From NCBI GenBank assembly GCA_964596875.1, contig CAZQVT010000002.1:5508-69507 (forward strand): a stretch of DNA of 64,000 bases, in the 5' to 3' direction. Positions 39,892-49,228 of the stretch are shown one piece after another. Within the stretch, counting starts at the first letter, position 1, and the number at the start of each line of letters is the position of its first letter. The notes under the pieces were generated by a model. The model was not told the origin of the DNA, did no database searches, and worked only from the letters and a program-made list of their open reading frames with translations. A program made the position numbers and the translations under genes. This stretch comes from an uncultured Candidatus Saccharibacteria bacterium. Lineage in GTDB: Bacteria; Patescibacteriota; Minisyncoccia; Phycocordibacterales; DATDWN01.

Positions 39892-40311
39892 ATGGATGAA
39901 TATGTGAAAGAAGGCTTGTTTTATGTGGTTCAAAAAGCATTTATTAAAAATGGTAATGACATTTTGGTATTAAATGATCCGAAAGAAGGGCTAGATTATC
40001 CTGGTGGGAAAATTCAAAAAAATGAAGATAGTATAGTGGATGCCTTGAAAAGGGAGGTTTTAGAGGAAACTGGAATTAGTATAGACATAAAGAAACCATT
40101 TTTTACTGCAATAGATAAATACCCAGAAGACCATAAACACGCTGGAAAACTATTTTATATTGTGTTTTATGAATGTGAATTTGTTTCTGGGGAAGTAAGT
40201 TTGAGTTCGGAACACAACAATTTTTCTTGGGTAAACAAGGATAATTATAAAAAAGTTGATGATGGAACGTGGTATTTTGATGTATTAAAAAGCTATTTAT
40301 CTAATAAATAA
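39892..40311 (+). CDS. NUDIX hydrolase
   Basis: PGGKIQKNEDSIVDALKREVLEETGI Nudix box. Confidence 0.9.
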   Translation: MDEYVKEGLFYVVQKAFIKNGNDILVLNDPKEGLDYPGGKIQKNEDSIVDALKREVLEETGISIDIKKPFFTAIDKYPEDHKHAGKLFYIVFYECEFVSGEVSLSSEHNNFSWVNKDNYKKVDDGTWYFDVLKSYLSNK

Positions 40312-40398
40312 CAATTATAAAAAATGATGCGCCGGTCCTCGTGCGAGGAACCAGCGCATGCCCCAGTAGGGGACTTCAGGTCGAATCGGTTGAACGGG

Positions 40399-40617
40399 TC
40401 ACTCGATGCTGTCGTTCGGGTCGGGGAGCTTGCCCCTGCCCCCACGACTCACCTTGCCGCCCTTCGAGCCAGCGATGCCCGCGGACTCGGAGTTCCACTC
40501 GTGGGCCGTGCCCTTTGCGTGGGCAGCCCTGCCACCCTTGCTTGCGATTTCTCGCTGACGCTCCGTGCTCATGGCAGCGAAGCCTCTTTTCTTCCCGTTC
40601 CGAACGTGATCCGTCAT
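40399..40617 (-). CDS. KGG-repeat stress-induced protein (GC-rich islet)
   Basis: RGFAAMS.ERQREIASKGG, AGSKGG; GGAGG SD; downstream hairpin terminator. Confidence 0.85.
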   Translation of the reverse strand: MTDHVRNGKKRGFAAMSTERQREIASKGGRAAHAKGTAHEWNSESAGIAGSKGGKVSRGGRGKLPDPNDSIE

Positions 40618-40697
40618 GGGTCCTCCAGGGTTTTCTGGCCAAGTCAGACTATATCAGAATAATAGAAACAGTCTAGTTTTTGTGGTAGTGTTTTTGT

Positions 40698-41009
40698 ATG
40701 GTTTTTATAAAAAATAAAGAAAATTTTGTATGTGAAAAATGCGGCTTTGAGGTAGAAGGGGATGGTTTTACAAACCATTGTCCAGAGTGTTTGTGGTCAA
40801 AGCATGTAGATATTTCTCCTGGCGACAGACTAAATATCTGTGGGGGACTAATGGAACCAATACAAATACTGAAAAAGGGAAGAGAGTATTCTATTTTACA
40901 CAAATGTACAAAGTGTGGGTTTGAAAAACCTAATAAGGCAAGTATGAATGATAATTTCCAAATTATTGTCCAAGTTTCTGCATCTGGCCAATCTCATCGT
41001 CTAAAATAA
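40698..41009 (+). CDS. RNHCP-domain zinc-binding protein
   Basis: FVCEKCG, TNHCPECLWSKHVD..PGDR...CGGLM, HKCTKCG. Confidence 0.85.
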   Translation: MVFIKNKENFVCEKCGFEVEGDGFTNHCPECLWSKHVDISPGDRLNICGGLMEPIQILKKGREYSILHKCTKCGFEKPNKASMNDNFQIIVQVSASGQSHRLK

Positions 41010-41097
41010 TAAATAAAATTCTCAATGTACTAATTTGTACACCTCCAATTTTATTTATTATTTCATACGCGACCTTGTCTCAGATCCAGAAACTTTG
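40971..41097 (+). repeat. ~120-bp palindromic element copy E6 (overlaps RNHCP 3' end)
   Basis: GGCCAATCTCATCGTC / GCGACCTTGTCT; CAATGTAC/GTACACCT. Confidence 0.85.
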
Positions 41098-41106
41098 TTA
41101 AAGGTT

Positions 41107-42222
41107 TTAGTTTGATCTTAGCAACTCTTCGGTAATAAGTTTTGTTAGTTCTGGTGCAGTTGAGGTGGCAAAACTTTCCGCAAAGTTTTTATGGTTTAAA
41201 TCAAGAAATTGTCTCAGATTTATCTTTAGATCTCTTTGAACTTCTCTGTTTATATGTGAAACAGTAATGGCGTTTAGACCTCTGCTACTAGTCGTGTCCC
41301 CGTCAGAGCTGGTAGATATTATTCCTATGAGTGAAGTGTTGGAGTCTACTACTAAGCCTCCCGAAGATCCTTTCTGGGAAACTATGGTTCCTCCTACAGA
41401 GACTATGTCTATGGTTCCATTTTTGAAAGTAAAAACATCTTGAATTTGCGTAATACTACTTGCAACATTTAGATTTTGAATAATAGAAAGTCCACCTAGA
41501 AAACCAGCAGGGTAGGAGACTAGTAGTACTGGCTCACCAACAGCAATGTACTCTCTGGTATTTGGTGTTATATAGGTGTAACCATTTTTATTTTGTTCCC
41601 CATCTATTTCACCTGTAATACGAAGAAAGGCGAAATCGCTTTCACCAGTGCCTTTCGGGTCTTGATCTTTTAATAAAGTTTTATTTGCTTTTACCCAGTC
41701 TGGGGAAATGTAAACAAGTTCTATATTATATTTTGGATAAGCCGGACTGCCTGTTCTACCAACACATTTTAGATAATCTTTTTCTCTAAAATTTCTAAGT
41801 AGCATGTACTGGCCAATATGTGCATTTGTAAGTATTAGTCCATCACCATTTACAACAACACCCGTTCCTGAAATAGGCGAAAGTTCATTATATTTTGTGG
41901 TGCAAAAAATATTTACTATAGTTTTTCTGGATTCAGTGTTTATCTTTTCGAAATCCGGAGGAATGTAGGATGTGGTTGTCGCAATAATTTCTTTTGTTTC
42001 TTGAGGTTTAGAATCTTTCTGTATTTTTTTAGGGGTTGAAGTTGCTTTCGGTACAACTTTTATTTTTTCTGTTCCTGTGCTTGCGGCAGTTGTTTTTTGA
42101 GTAGTTGTGGCTTTGGGGCTGTCTTTCGGCGCGATGTATATTTCGGGTTTGGACGAATGAAAAAAACTAGTTATAGCGATAAGTGGAGTAAAAACTATTG
42201 TAGCGATAGCTTTTAGTAGCAT
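41107..42222 (-). CDS. Secreted trypsin-like serine protease
   Basis: ILTNAHI, DFAFL, GSSGG triad motifs; N-terminal hydrophobic segment. Confidence 0.8.
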   Translation of the reverse strand: MLLKAIATIVFTPLIAITSFFHSSKPEIYIAPKDSPKATTTQKTTAASTGTEKIKVVPKATSTPKKIQKDSKPQETKEIIATTTSYIPPDFEKINTESRKTIVNIFCTTKYNELSPISGTGVVVNGDGLILTNAHIGQYMLLRNFREKDYLKCVGRTGSPAYPKYNIELVYISPDWVKANKTLLKDQDPKGTGESDFAFLRITGEIDGEQNKNGYTYITPNTREYIAVGEPVLLVSYPAGFLGGLSIIQNLNVASSITQIQDVFTFKNGTIDIVSVGGTIVSQKGSSGGLVVDSNTSLIGIISTSSDGDTTSSRGLNAITVSHINREVQRDLKINLRQFLDLNHKNFAESFATSTAPELTKLITEELLRSN

Positions 42223-42301
42223 GGCATAATTATACCACTTAGAAATAACTTAAAAATTGCGAGGTGTTCGTTTTTCTGTTACCATAGTCTTGTTAAGTAT
42301 T

Positions 42302-42372
42302 GCGGGATTAGTTTATCGGTAAAACAACAGTTTTCCAAACTGTGGAGAGCGGTTCGACTCCGCTATCCCGCA
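42302..42372 (+). tRNA. tRNA-Gly(TCC)
   Basis: GCGGGAT acceptor; ACAGT-TT-TCC-AA-ACTGT; GGTTCGACTCC. Confidence 0.93.
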
Positions 42373-42580
42373 CACACGACGAAAATAACCTCCTAAACGG
42401 AGGTTTTTTCGTACGTGTGTGAACCGGAGCGCGACGGCGCGAGGTCGGGTCGGGAAAGTTTTTAACAAAAAACTATTCCTGACCAAGAGAAAGGCCATTG
42501 TGTCCAAGGAGTGAGACATCCGCTATTTAAATACAAAAAACACCCCACCGGGTGTTTTTTGTTTTCCTCTAGAGAAAATC

Positions 42581-42853
42581 TTATTTCACTGCATCCTTCA
42601 GAGCCTTAGCCGCTCTAAACTTCGGAACTCTCATAGCTGGAACGGAGATAGTTTCTCCAGTTCTAGGGTTTCTAGCTTGTCTAGCTGCTCTAGTTTTAGT
42701 AGAGAAGATTCCTAGGCCTGCTATAGAGACCTCACCTCCTTTTTTAAGTGTGTTCACAACAGAGTCAATCATAAGATCTACGATTTCTTCTGCTTGGACT
42801 TTAGTACCACCTAACTTTTCATGTACTGCATCAACAATACCTGCTTTGTTCAT
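42581..42853 (-). CDS. hup: HU-family DNA-binding protein
   Basis: MNKA..., GLGIF, RAARQARNPRTGE, PKFRAAKALK. Confidence 0.95.
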   Translation of the reverse strand: MNKAGIVDAVHEKLGGTKVQAEEIVDLMIDSVVNTLKKGGEVSIAGLGIFSTKTRAARQARNPRTGETISVPAMRVPKFRAAKALKDAVK

Positions 42854-42957
42854 ATTTGTGATGATTAAGCCACTAATAAAACTCACTATCTACTAACCTG
42901 TAGTATACAGTAAGCCTTTTTTAGGGCAATATCTTGACAAAGTTTGGTTTTATTGTT

Positions 42958-44487
42958 TTATCTTGCAAATTCTATAGTGCGGTTCTCTCTGATTACAGTA
43001 ACTTTTATCTCTCCAGGGTATTTCAACTCAGATTCTATTCTTGTTGCAATATCTCTTGCCATTTTTTTCGCTTCTAGGTCAGTAACTTCTGCTGGTGTTA
43101 CAAAAACCCTTATCTCTCTACCTGCTTGTAGGGCATATGATTTTTCGACTCCCTTAAATGAAGTTGCTACTGCTTCCAAATCTTTCAGTCTTTTTAGATA
43201 GTTTTCTACACTGTCTCTTCTTGCACCTGGTCTTCCTCCAGAAATAGCGTCCGCAGACTGAACTATCATAGACTCTATAGTTTCATAAGGGTATTCCTCA
43301 TGATGCGCCTGCATTGCTTTTATAATATTTTCATCAGTACCAAACTTTTGTAGTATTCTTCTTCCTATTTCTACGTGAGTACCTACTACTTCATGGTCTA
43401 GTGCCTTTCCTATGTCATGAACCAGTGCCCCTGCTTTGGCTACCTGTACATTTGCACCGATTTCTTCTGCTAGCATTCCAGCAATATGTGCCATTTCAAC
43501 AGAGTGAGCCAAAACATTTTGACCATAACTTGTTCTAAAGTGTAGTCTTCCCAAAATAGAAACAACTTTTGGATCAAGTCCCAAAACGCCTGTTTCGTAT
43601 ACCGCTTCCTCCCCTTTTTCACGAATAATTTTGTTTATCTCGTCTTCAGCTGCTTTTACCATGTCCTCAATCTTTGCAGGCTGGATTCTTCCGTCAGCAA
43701 TAAGTTTTTCTAGGGCTACTTTGGCAATCTGTCTCCTAACAGGGTCAAAAGAGGAGATAGTGATAGAGCCTGGTGTGTCGTCTACGATAACCTCAACACC
43801 CGTGCATCTTTCAAATGCTTTTATGTTTCTACCTTCTTTTCCAATGATTTTTCCTTTTAGTTCATCGCTCGGAATACTTACGTTTGTTGTAAGCATGTCG
43901 GATGTAACAGAGTTTGAAAGTCTCTGTATAGAAGTTGCAAGTATTGCTTTCGCTTTTTCCTCTATTTTTTCACCTCCAGTAGTTTCAAGTTTACGCATTC
44001 TAACAAGAATATCTTCCTCAGACTCCTTCTCTACTCTTTTTAGAATTTCCTCCCTTGCTTCCTCTGGAGTAAGTCTGGCGATTTTCTGAAGTTCCTCTTT
44101 TTTCTGTTGCTCTATTTTTTCGGCGTTCTCACGGATCTGCTTTATTTCCTGTATTTTTAGCTTTACTTCTTCAACTTCTTTATCCAAATCTCCTTGACGT
44201 TTCAAAAGCAACTCATCTTTTTTGATAAGGCGTTCTTCGTTTTTTCTAGCATCTTCCTCTTTTTGTTTTATTTCAGAGCGTGCTTCTGTTACGATTTCTT
44301 CTGCTTTTCTTTCTGCTTCCTCTATTATTCTTTGCTCTCTGTCTTTGGCAACCAGCATCATTTGCTGGATGTCTAGTTCCATTGAGCCTTTTTTACTTTT
44401 CGCTACTAGGATACGCAAATAGTACCCTATAACTAGGGATACTAGAGACGCTCCTCCTAGGAGCAAGCCTATTTTTTCTAATGTCAT
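42958..44487 (-). CDS. rny: Ribonuclease Y
   Basis: TM, coiled coil, KH (KIIGKEGRNI), HD (HDIGKA). Confidence 0.96.
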   Translation of the reverse strand: MTLEKIGLLLGGASLVSLVIGYYLRILVAKSKKGSMELDIQQMMLVAKDREQRIIEEAERKAEEIVTEARSEIKQKEEDARKNEERLIKKDELLLKRQGDLDKEVEEVKLKIQEIKQIRENAEKIEQQKKEELQKIARLTPEEAREEILKRVEKESEEDILVRMRKLETTGGEKIEEKAKAILATSIQRLSNSVTSDMLTTNVSIPSDELKGKIIGKEGRNIKAFERCTGVEVIVDDTPGSITISSFDPVRRQIAKVALEKLIADGRIQPAKIEDMVKAAEDEINKIIREKGEEAVYETGVLGLDPKVVSILGRLHFRTSYGQNVLAHSVEMAHIAGMLAEEIGANVQVAKAGALVHDIGKALDHEVVGTHVEIGRRILQKFGTDENIIKAMQAHHEEYPYETIESMIVQSADAISGGRPGARRDSVENYLKRLKDLEAVATSFKGVEKSYALQAGREIRVFVTPAEVTDLEAKKMARDIATRIESELKYPGEIKVTVIRENRTIEFAR

Positions 44488-44695
44488 TTTTTCGGAAACT
44501 TTCGCTTTCTACTTCTCGAGACTTTAAGGTAAAACTGTGGTTTTATATGGGAAATACTTTAAAATTTTCAATTTGATTACGGAATTTCGGTAAATTTCAG
44601 GACAAATCAAGAAAAGACAAAAACTAACGGTTTATTATTAATTAAATAATATCCGTACTATATAAGAAAGGGGGATACAAGTCAATTTTCAAGTT

Positions 44696-45268
44696 TTATA
44701 GAACTTTGTCTACGATTCCGTACTTCTTTGCTTCTTCAGCAGTCATGTAGAAGTCTCTGTCCATATCCTTTTCAACTTTAGCCATAGATTGGCCTGTATT
44801 TTTAGCAAACATTTTAGCCAAACTCTCCTTATTTCTAAGCATTTGTTTCGCAGTTATTTCAATATCTGACACCTTTCCTTCGAGACCTCCTCCCCATGGT
44901 TGGTGAATCATTACTTCAGCGTTAGGTAGTATGAATCTTTTTCCTTTAGTTCCGGCTGCCAAAATATGTGCGCCCATAGATGCTGCAAGTCCGACTGCAA
45001 CAGTAGATATGTCGTTTTTTATATGATTCATCGTGTCTACTATTGCAAGTCCTGCTGTAACACTGCCTCCTGGTGAGTTTATGTAAAAAGAAATGTCCTT
45101 CTTAGGGTCTTCTGATTGCAAAAATAGCATTTGAGCAATAATAAGGTTGGCTACATGGTCGTCTATTGGGCCATCTAGGAAAATAATATTATCGCGAAGT
45201 AGGCGAGAGAATATGTCGTATGCTCTTTCGCCGAACTGGGATTTTTCTATTACTGTTGGTATTAACAT
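44696..45268 (-). CDS. clpP: ATP-dependent Clp protease proteolytic subunit
   Basis: [25 protein letters not shown]. Confidence 0.96.
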   Translation of the reverse strand: MLIPTVIEKSQFGERAYDIFSRLLRDNIIFLDGPIDDHVANLIIAQMLFLQSEDPKKDISFYINSPGGSVTAGLAIVDTMNHIKNDISTVAVGLAASMGAHILAAGTKGKRFILPNAEVMIHQPWGGGLEGKVSDIEITAKQMLRNKESLAKMFAKNTGQSMAKVEKDMDRDFYMTAEEAKKYGIVDKVL

Positions 45269-45333
45269 AAGGCTGAGTATACCAGAAAGTGCGTTTTTGT
45301 AAAATTGTGGTATAGTTTCATAAAACAAATTTT

Positions 45334-46035
45334 ATGAGAATCCATAGGTTTTATATAGCCACTCCAATAAAAGATAAGCGTTTTGATGTCACCGACCGAG
45401 ACATGATCCACCAGTGGAAAAGCGTTTTTCGTTACAATGTTGGGTCACAAGTGATTCTCTTTGATGGTTCTGGTGTTGACTACCTATGCATGATCACTTC
45501 ACTTAGAAGTATGGGCGCTACTTTGGAAGTAATAGAGAATAAAGAAATCAAAATGAAACGAAATAATGTGTATTTATGCATGGCTCTTATAAAAAAAGAT
45601 AACTTTGAACTAGTTTCACAAAAAGTTACAGAAATCGGTGTTACACACATTGTTCCCATACTTTGTGAGCACAGCGAAAAAAAGAATCTGAATATGGAGC
45701 GCCTTAACAAGATTGTTCTAGAAGCATCAGAACAGTCTGGAAGGGGAGATATCCCAACAGTTCATGAGGTTATGACTTTAGAAGAAGTTTTTCAGAAAGG
45801 AATATTGCCACAAGAAAAAATCGTCCTTCATCCAGAAGGTAAAACATTGAAGAAATACTTTGAAGGACTTAGCCAGGCTAAATCTTTTGCGGTATTTGTA
45901 GGACCAGAAGGTGGTTTTAGTCAGAACGAGTTAGATTTTTTCAAAAACTATAATGTTTCCCAGGTTACACTGGGTGAACAAATACTTCGAGCCGAAACAG
46001 CAGCTATCGCTATATCTAGTTTGCTTATTTTATAA
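45334..46035 (+). CDS. rsmE: 16S rRNA m3U1498 methyltransferase
   Basis: EASEQSGR, VGPEGGF, LGEQILRAETA. Confidence 0.95.
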   Translation: MRIHRFYIATPIKDKRFDVTDRDMIHQWKSVFRYNVGSQVILFDGSGVDYLCMITSLRSMGATLEVIENKEIKMKRNNVYLCMALIKKDNFELVSQKVTEIGVTHIVPILCEHSEKKNLNMERLNKIVLEASEQSGRGDIPTVHEVMTLEEVFQKGILPQEKIVLHPEGKTLKKYFEGLSQAKSFAVFVGPEGGFSQNELDFFKNYNVSQVTLGEQILRAETAAIAISSLLIL

Positions 46036-46044
46036 GGAGAGAGA

Positions 46045-47130
46045 TTATTTTTGCTCTTCCAAAAAATTAAACACTAATTCGTTAGTCAGAAAAGTCTCTA
46101 CATACATTCTTACTCGGAAACGGTCTGCTTCTTTAAAGTTTGCAAGAATGTTTTCCATCTCTCTTTTTATATCCTCCTCCTTTGCAGTGATATTTTCATC
46201 TTTAGCAATTGTATTTAGGATTACTTGTGATTTTGCTCGTTTTACTGAGGCATCTTTCCATTCTGCTCTCAGGTCGTCCTCTGTTTTTTTAATATGTTTT
46301 AGATAATCCTCGTATGCAATACCGCTTCGAGCGATATCATCTTTAAACTGAGCCAGCATTTTATCCGTTTCGCCTTCAACGACGATTTTCGGAAGGTCTA
46401 TAGTTGAGTCTTCGATTATTTTTTCTAGGATTGCAGTTCGTTTTTTATCTTTTTCCTTTACTTCTTTTTCTTTCGCAAGGTTTTCCTTTATCTTTGTTTT
46501 CATTTCTTCAAGACTCTCAAAGTTTCCAAGCATCTTTGCAAACTCATCGTTTACTTCGGGTAGGTCAGAGTCTTCTATTTTTCTATGATTGTGTTCCTTT
46601 CCTCCACCTGCTTCTGCATGAACTTTTTCATGAGCAATATTTTCTCTAATGTTTTGTATAACATCTTCTACATCTTTGTCAGTAACAGAAATATCCTCAG
46701 TTTTTTTAGAAAGAACACCCTTCGCTGCTTTTTTGTAGTCAGAAAGCAAAACCATCGGCATAAGAGAAGTTTTGATTTTAAACTCCATAGGACTTCCAAC
46801 GCCTATTTTTGTAATAGTTATTTCTGGTCTACCGATAGCATCTATATTGTGCTCTTCTAGAATGTTTGGGTATTCTTCGTTTAGTGCAATCTCCGCCGCT
46901 TCTTCTAGAAGTGTTCCTTCTCCTATCTTTTGTGCAACCAAAGAGTCTGGTGCTGTACCTTTTCTGAAACCAGGAAGTTCTACATTTTCCTTAAGCTTTT
47001 TAAGAGCCTTCTCTCTCATTAAACTCATTTTCTCAGCTGTAATAGAGCCGATAATTTCCAACTCTCGTTCAGGAAGAGGGGATAGTTTTATATCATTATA
47101 ATTTTTTTCATCTTTAGATTTTTTTGTCAT
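46045..47130 (-). CDS. tig: Trigger factor lacking the FKBP domain
   Basis: PGFRKG ribosome-binding loop; LPEVNDEFAK; 361 aa. Confidence 0.88.
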   Translation of the reverse strand: MTKKSKDEKNYNDIKLSPLPERELEIIGSITAEKMSLMREKALKKLKENVELPGFRKGTAPDSLVAQKIGEGTLLEEAAEIALNEEYPNILEEHNIDAIGRPEITITKIGVGSPMEFKIKTSLMPMVLLSDYKKAAKGVLSKKTEDISVTDKDVEDVIQNIRENIAHEKVHAEAGGGKEHNHRKIEDSDLPEVNDEFAKMLGNFESLEEMKTKIKENLAKEKEVKEKDKKRTAILEKIIEDSTIDLPKIVVEGETDKMLAQFKDDIARSGIAYEDYLKHIKKTEDDLRAEWKDASVKRAKSQVILNTIAKDENITAKEEDIKREMENILANFKEADRFRVRMYVETFLTNELVFNFLEEQK

Positions 47131-47180
47131 ATGAAAATGAGTCTATATTATTCGCCTTATTTTAGCAAATAATTTTTTAG

Positions 47181-47301
47181 AAAGCTTAAATTTGAGACAA
47201 GATTGCGGATAAAACAAAAACTGAACCCGGAGGTGTACATTTAGTACATTGAGGATTCAGTTTTTATTTTTAGCCGATAAGGTTGGCCAAATTTGAGCTT
47301 T
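47181..47301 (-). repeat. ~120-bp palindromic element copy E7
   Basis: Minus strand AAATTTGGCCAA..ATCG; CAATGTAC/GTACACCT; GCAATCTTGTCT. Confidence 0.85.
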
Positions 47302-47305
47302 TTAA

Positions 47306-47689
47306 CTATTCTAGTTCAGCAGTGGTATTTAGTTCTGCCCCCAAGTTGTCCAAGTTCGTTGCTTTCAAGTCTGCTTCTATAGAGTTTAGGTCATCTGAAC
47401 CTGTAACGCTCATTATAGCGTTTGCTTCCATGTTGTCGTCTACAACTGGAGAAGTTTCTTCTGTGTCATTTGAAACTAGACCTTCTTTCATTCTCGCCTC
47501 GTCTATTCTTTTACCCCAGAAGTATAGTCCACCAAGGATAATGATAGCGATTATTATTATTGTGCCTATAATAGATCCTATTGATGACTTGTTTTCATGT
47601 GGTTGCACTGGTGCACTGTTTACTGGCTGGTTATTTGTAGGCATATTTGTCATAGGAGGGATATTTTGTTGTGTATTTTGTGGTTCCAT
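47306..47689 (-). CDS. Single-pass membrane hypothetical protein
   Basis: IIGTIIIIAIIILGGLYFW TM; acidic C-terminus. Confidence 0.7.
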   Translation of the reverse strand: MEPQNTQQNIPPMTNMPTNNQPVNSAPVQPHENKSSIGSIIGTIIIIAIIILGGLYFWGKRIDEARMKEGLVSNDTEETSPVVDDNMEANAIMSVTGSDDLNSIEADLKATNLDNLGAELNTTAELE

Positions 47690-47708
47690 ATTTTTAAATA
47701 TTATTTAA

Positions 47709-48464
47709 TTAATTTGTACCTGTTGTTGTTGCTGTAGGAGTAGTTGTTGCCTTACCGTTGTTTAATTGTGACATACCCTTTAGGCTTCCAAGCGCCTTTT
47801 CAAGCATTTTGTGAGCTTCTTTTAGATGTTTCTCTATACCTTTCTCTATGCCCTTCATTTTTTCTAGGTTTTCTTTTTTAACAGTATCAGTAGTAGTAGA
47901 TAGGTTTTGTGCGGTTGTACTTGCGGTAAGTTTTAGGTTTGCTAAGTCAGTTTTAGCACTTTCTATATGAGTTTTTGCTTCTGCTGTTAGTTTTTCTGCC
48001 TCCGTAGTGTTTCCACCTCCAGTTTTAACTTTTTCAATTCTAGTATTCAACTTTGACATTATTGACTCTTCTCTTTGTATCGTAGCCTCTATTCTTCTTA
48101 GCATTTTATCAAACTGTCGCTTTACTTCTTTCATTATTCTTTCTCTTCTATCCTCCATTCTTTCTTTCATTTTTTCTGTACCACTAGCGATTCTGTCCTT
48201 AATATCCTCTCTTTTTTCTTTTAGTCTTTCTGTTGTACTAGCTAGTTTGTCTTTTCTGGCCTCAGCAGTACTAGCCATTTTATTCTTTAGTTCCATCTCT
48301 CTTTTGTCATCCATCATGGCCTTTACAGGTCTTGGTGGTTTTACTCCAGATGTACTAGCATTTTGTGGGGGAGGTAATGTGCCTGTATCTTGTGCCAAAG
48401 CCACTGTTGCACCTCCTAGAGCAATAATAGTTATGAGTGAATTTAATATAAGTTTTTTCATCAT
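47709..48464 (-). CDS. Secreted coiled-coil protein
   Basis: Signal peptide ending ALA; K/E/R-rich helical repeats with AST motifs. Confidence 0.7.
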   Translation of the reverse strand: MMKKLILNSLITIIALGGATVALAQDTGTLPPPQNASTSGVKPPRPVKAMMDDKREMELKNKMASTAEARKDKLASTTERLKEKREDIKDRIASGTEKMKERMEDRRERIMKEVKRQFDKMLRRIEATIQREESIMSKLNTRIEKVKTGGGNTTEAEKLTAEAKTHIESAKTDLANLKLTASTTAQNLSTTTDTVKKENLEKMKGIEKGIEKHLKEAHKMLEKALGSLKGMSQLNNGKATTTPTATTTGTN

Positions 48465-48669
48465 TTCAAAAATTACTTTTAATATTGTAATGAAATAATT
48501 ATACACCATAGATCTGGTTTTTGTTTTCAGTTGTTAACATCAAAAAACCGCACATACTGTGCGGCTTTTTGAGAAATATTATTTTCCTGAGTTTTTATCA
48601 CCGACGTAGAGCGAGAGAAATGAAAGCGTACTCACTTTCATTTCCGAGCCGAGGAGGGTGATATAAGGT

Positions 48670-49185
48670 TTAAGACCTTTTATAGTTTTCTCTAGCTCTT
48701 TCAAATGCTTCCATAGCCTTATCCTTTCCATCAATACCATTGATTTCTACAACTTTGTCTTGAAGATTCTTGTATGTTTTGTAGAAGTGCTCGATTTCCT
48801 TTAGAGTGTGTTTGTTTACATCTTTTAGGTCTTTAACATCATCCCATCTAGGGTCTTTTACTGGAACAGCGATGATTTTCGCATCAGACTCACCGTCATC
48901 TACCATGTTTACAACCGCTACGGGTCTAACTTTTACAAGTATTCCAGGGGCTAGGGGATTTGTTGTAAGAACTAGCACATCTAGTGGGTCGCCATCATCC
49001 CAAAGAGTTTGAGGAACGAAACCGTAGTCAAAAGGGTAGTCCTGAGTAGTGTACATCGCTCGATCTAGCATGATAAGACCAGTTTCTTTGTCTATCTCGT
49101 ATTTGTTTTTACTACCTTTGTTTATCTCAATAATAACATTCATTTTCTCAGCAGATCCGGCGTCGATTTCCTTTATTAGATTCAT
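48670..49185 (-). CDS. ppa: Inorganic pyrophosphatase
   Basis: KNKYE, YGFVPQT, DGDPLD, DAKI. Confidence 0.96.
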   Translation of the reverse strand: MNLIKEIDAGSAEKMNVIIEINKGSKNKYEIDKETGLIMLDRAMYTTQDYPFDYGFVPQTLWDDGDPLDVLVLTTNPLAPGILVKVRPVAVVNMVDDGESDAKIIAVPVKDPRWDDVKDLKDVNKHTLKEIEHFYKTYKNLQDKVVEINGIDGKDKAMEAFERARENYKRS

Positions 49186-49228
49186 TTTATTAGTTTTTTA
49201 AATGATTAATAATTTTATTCTAGCACAA

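Noticed and set aside
40324-40676. Overlapping alternative ORFs in GC-rich islets
   Set aside because: Expected from stop-codon scarcity at high GC; only the KGG frame has a family motif and an SD
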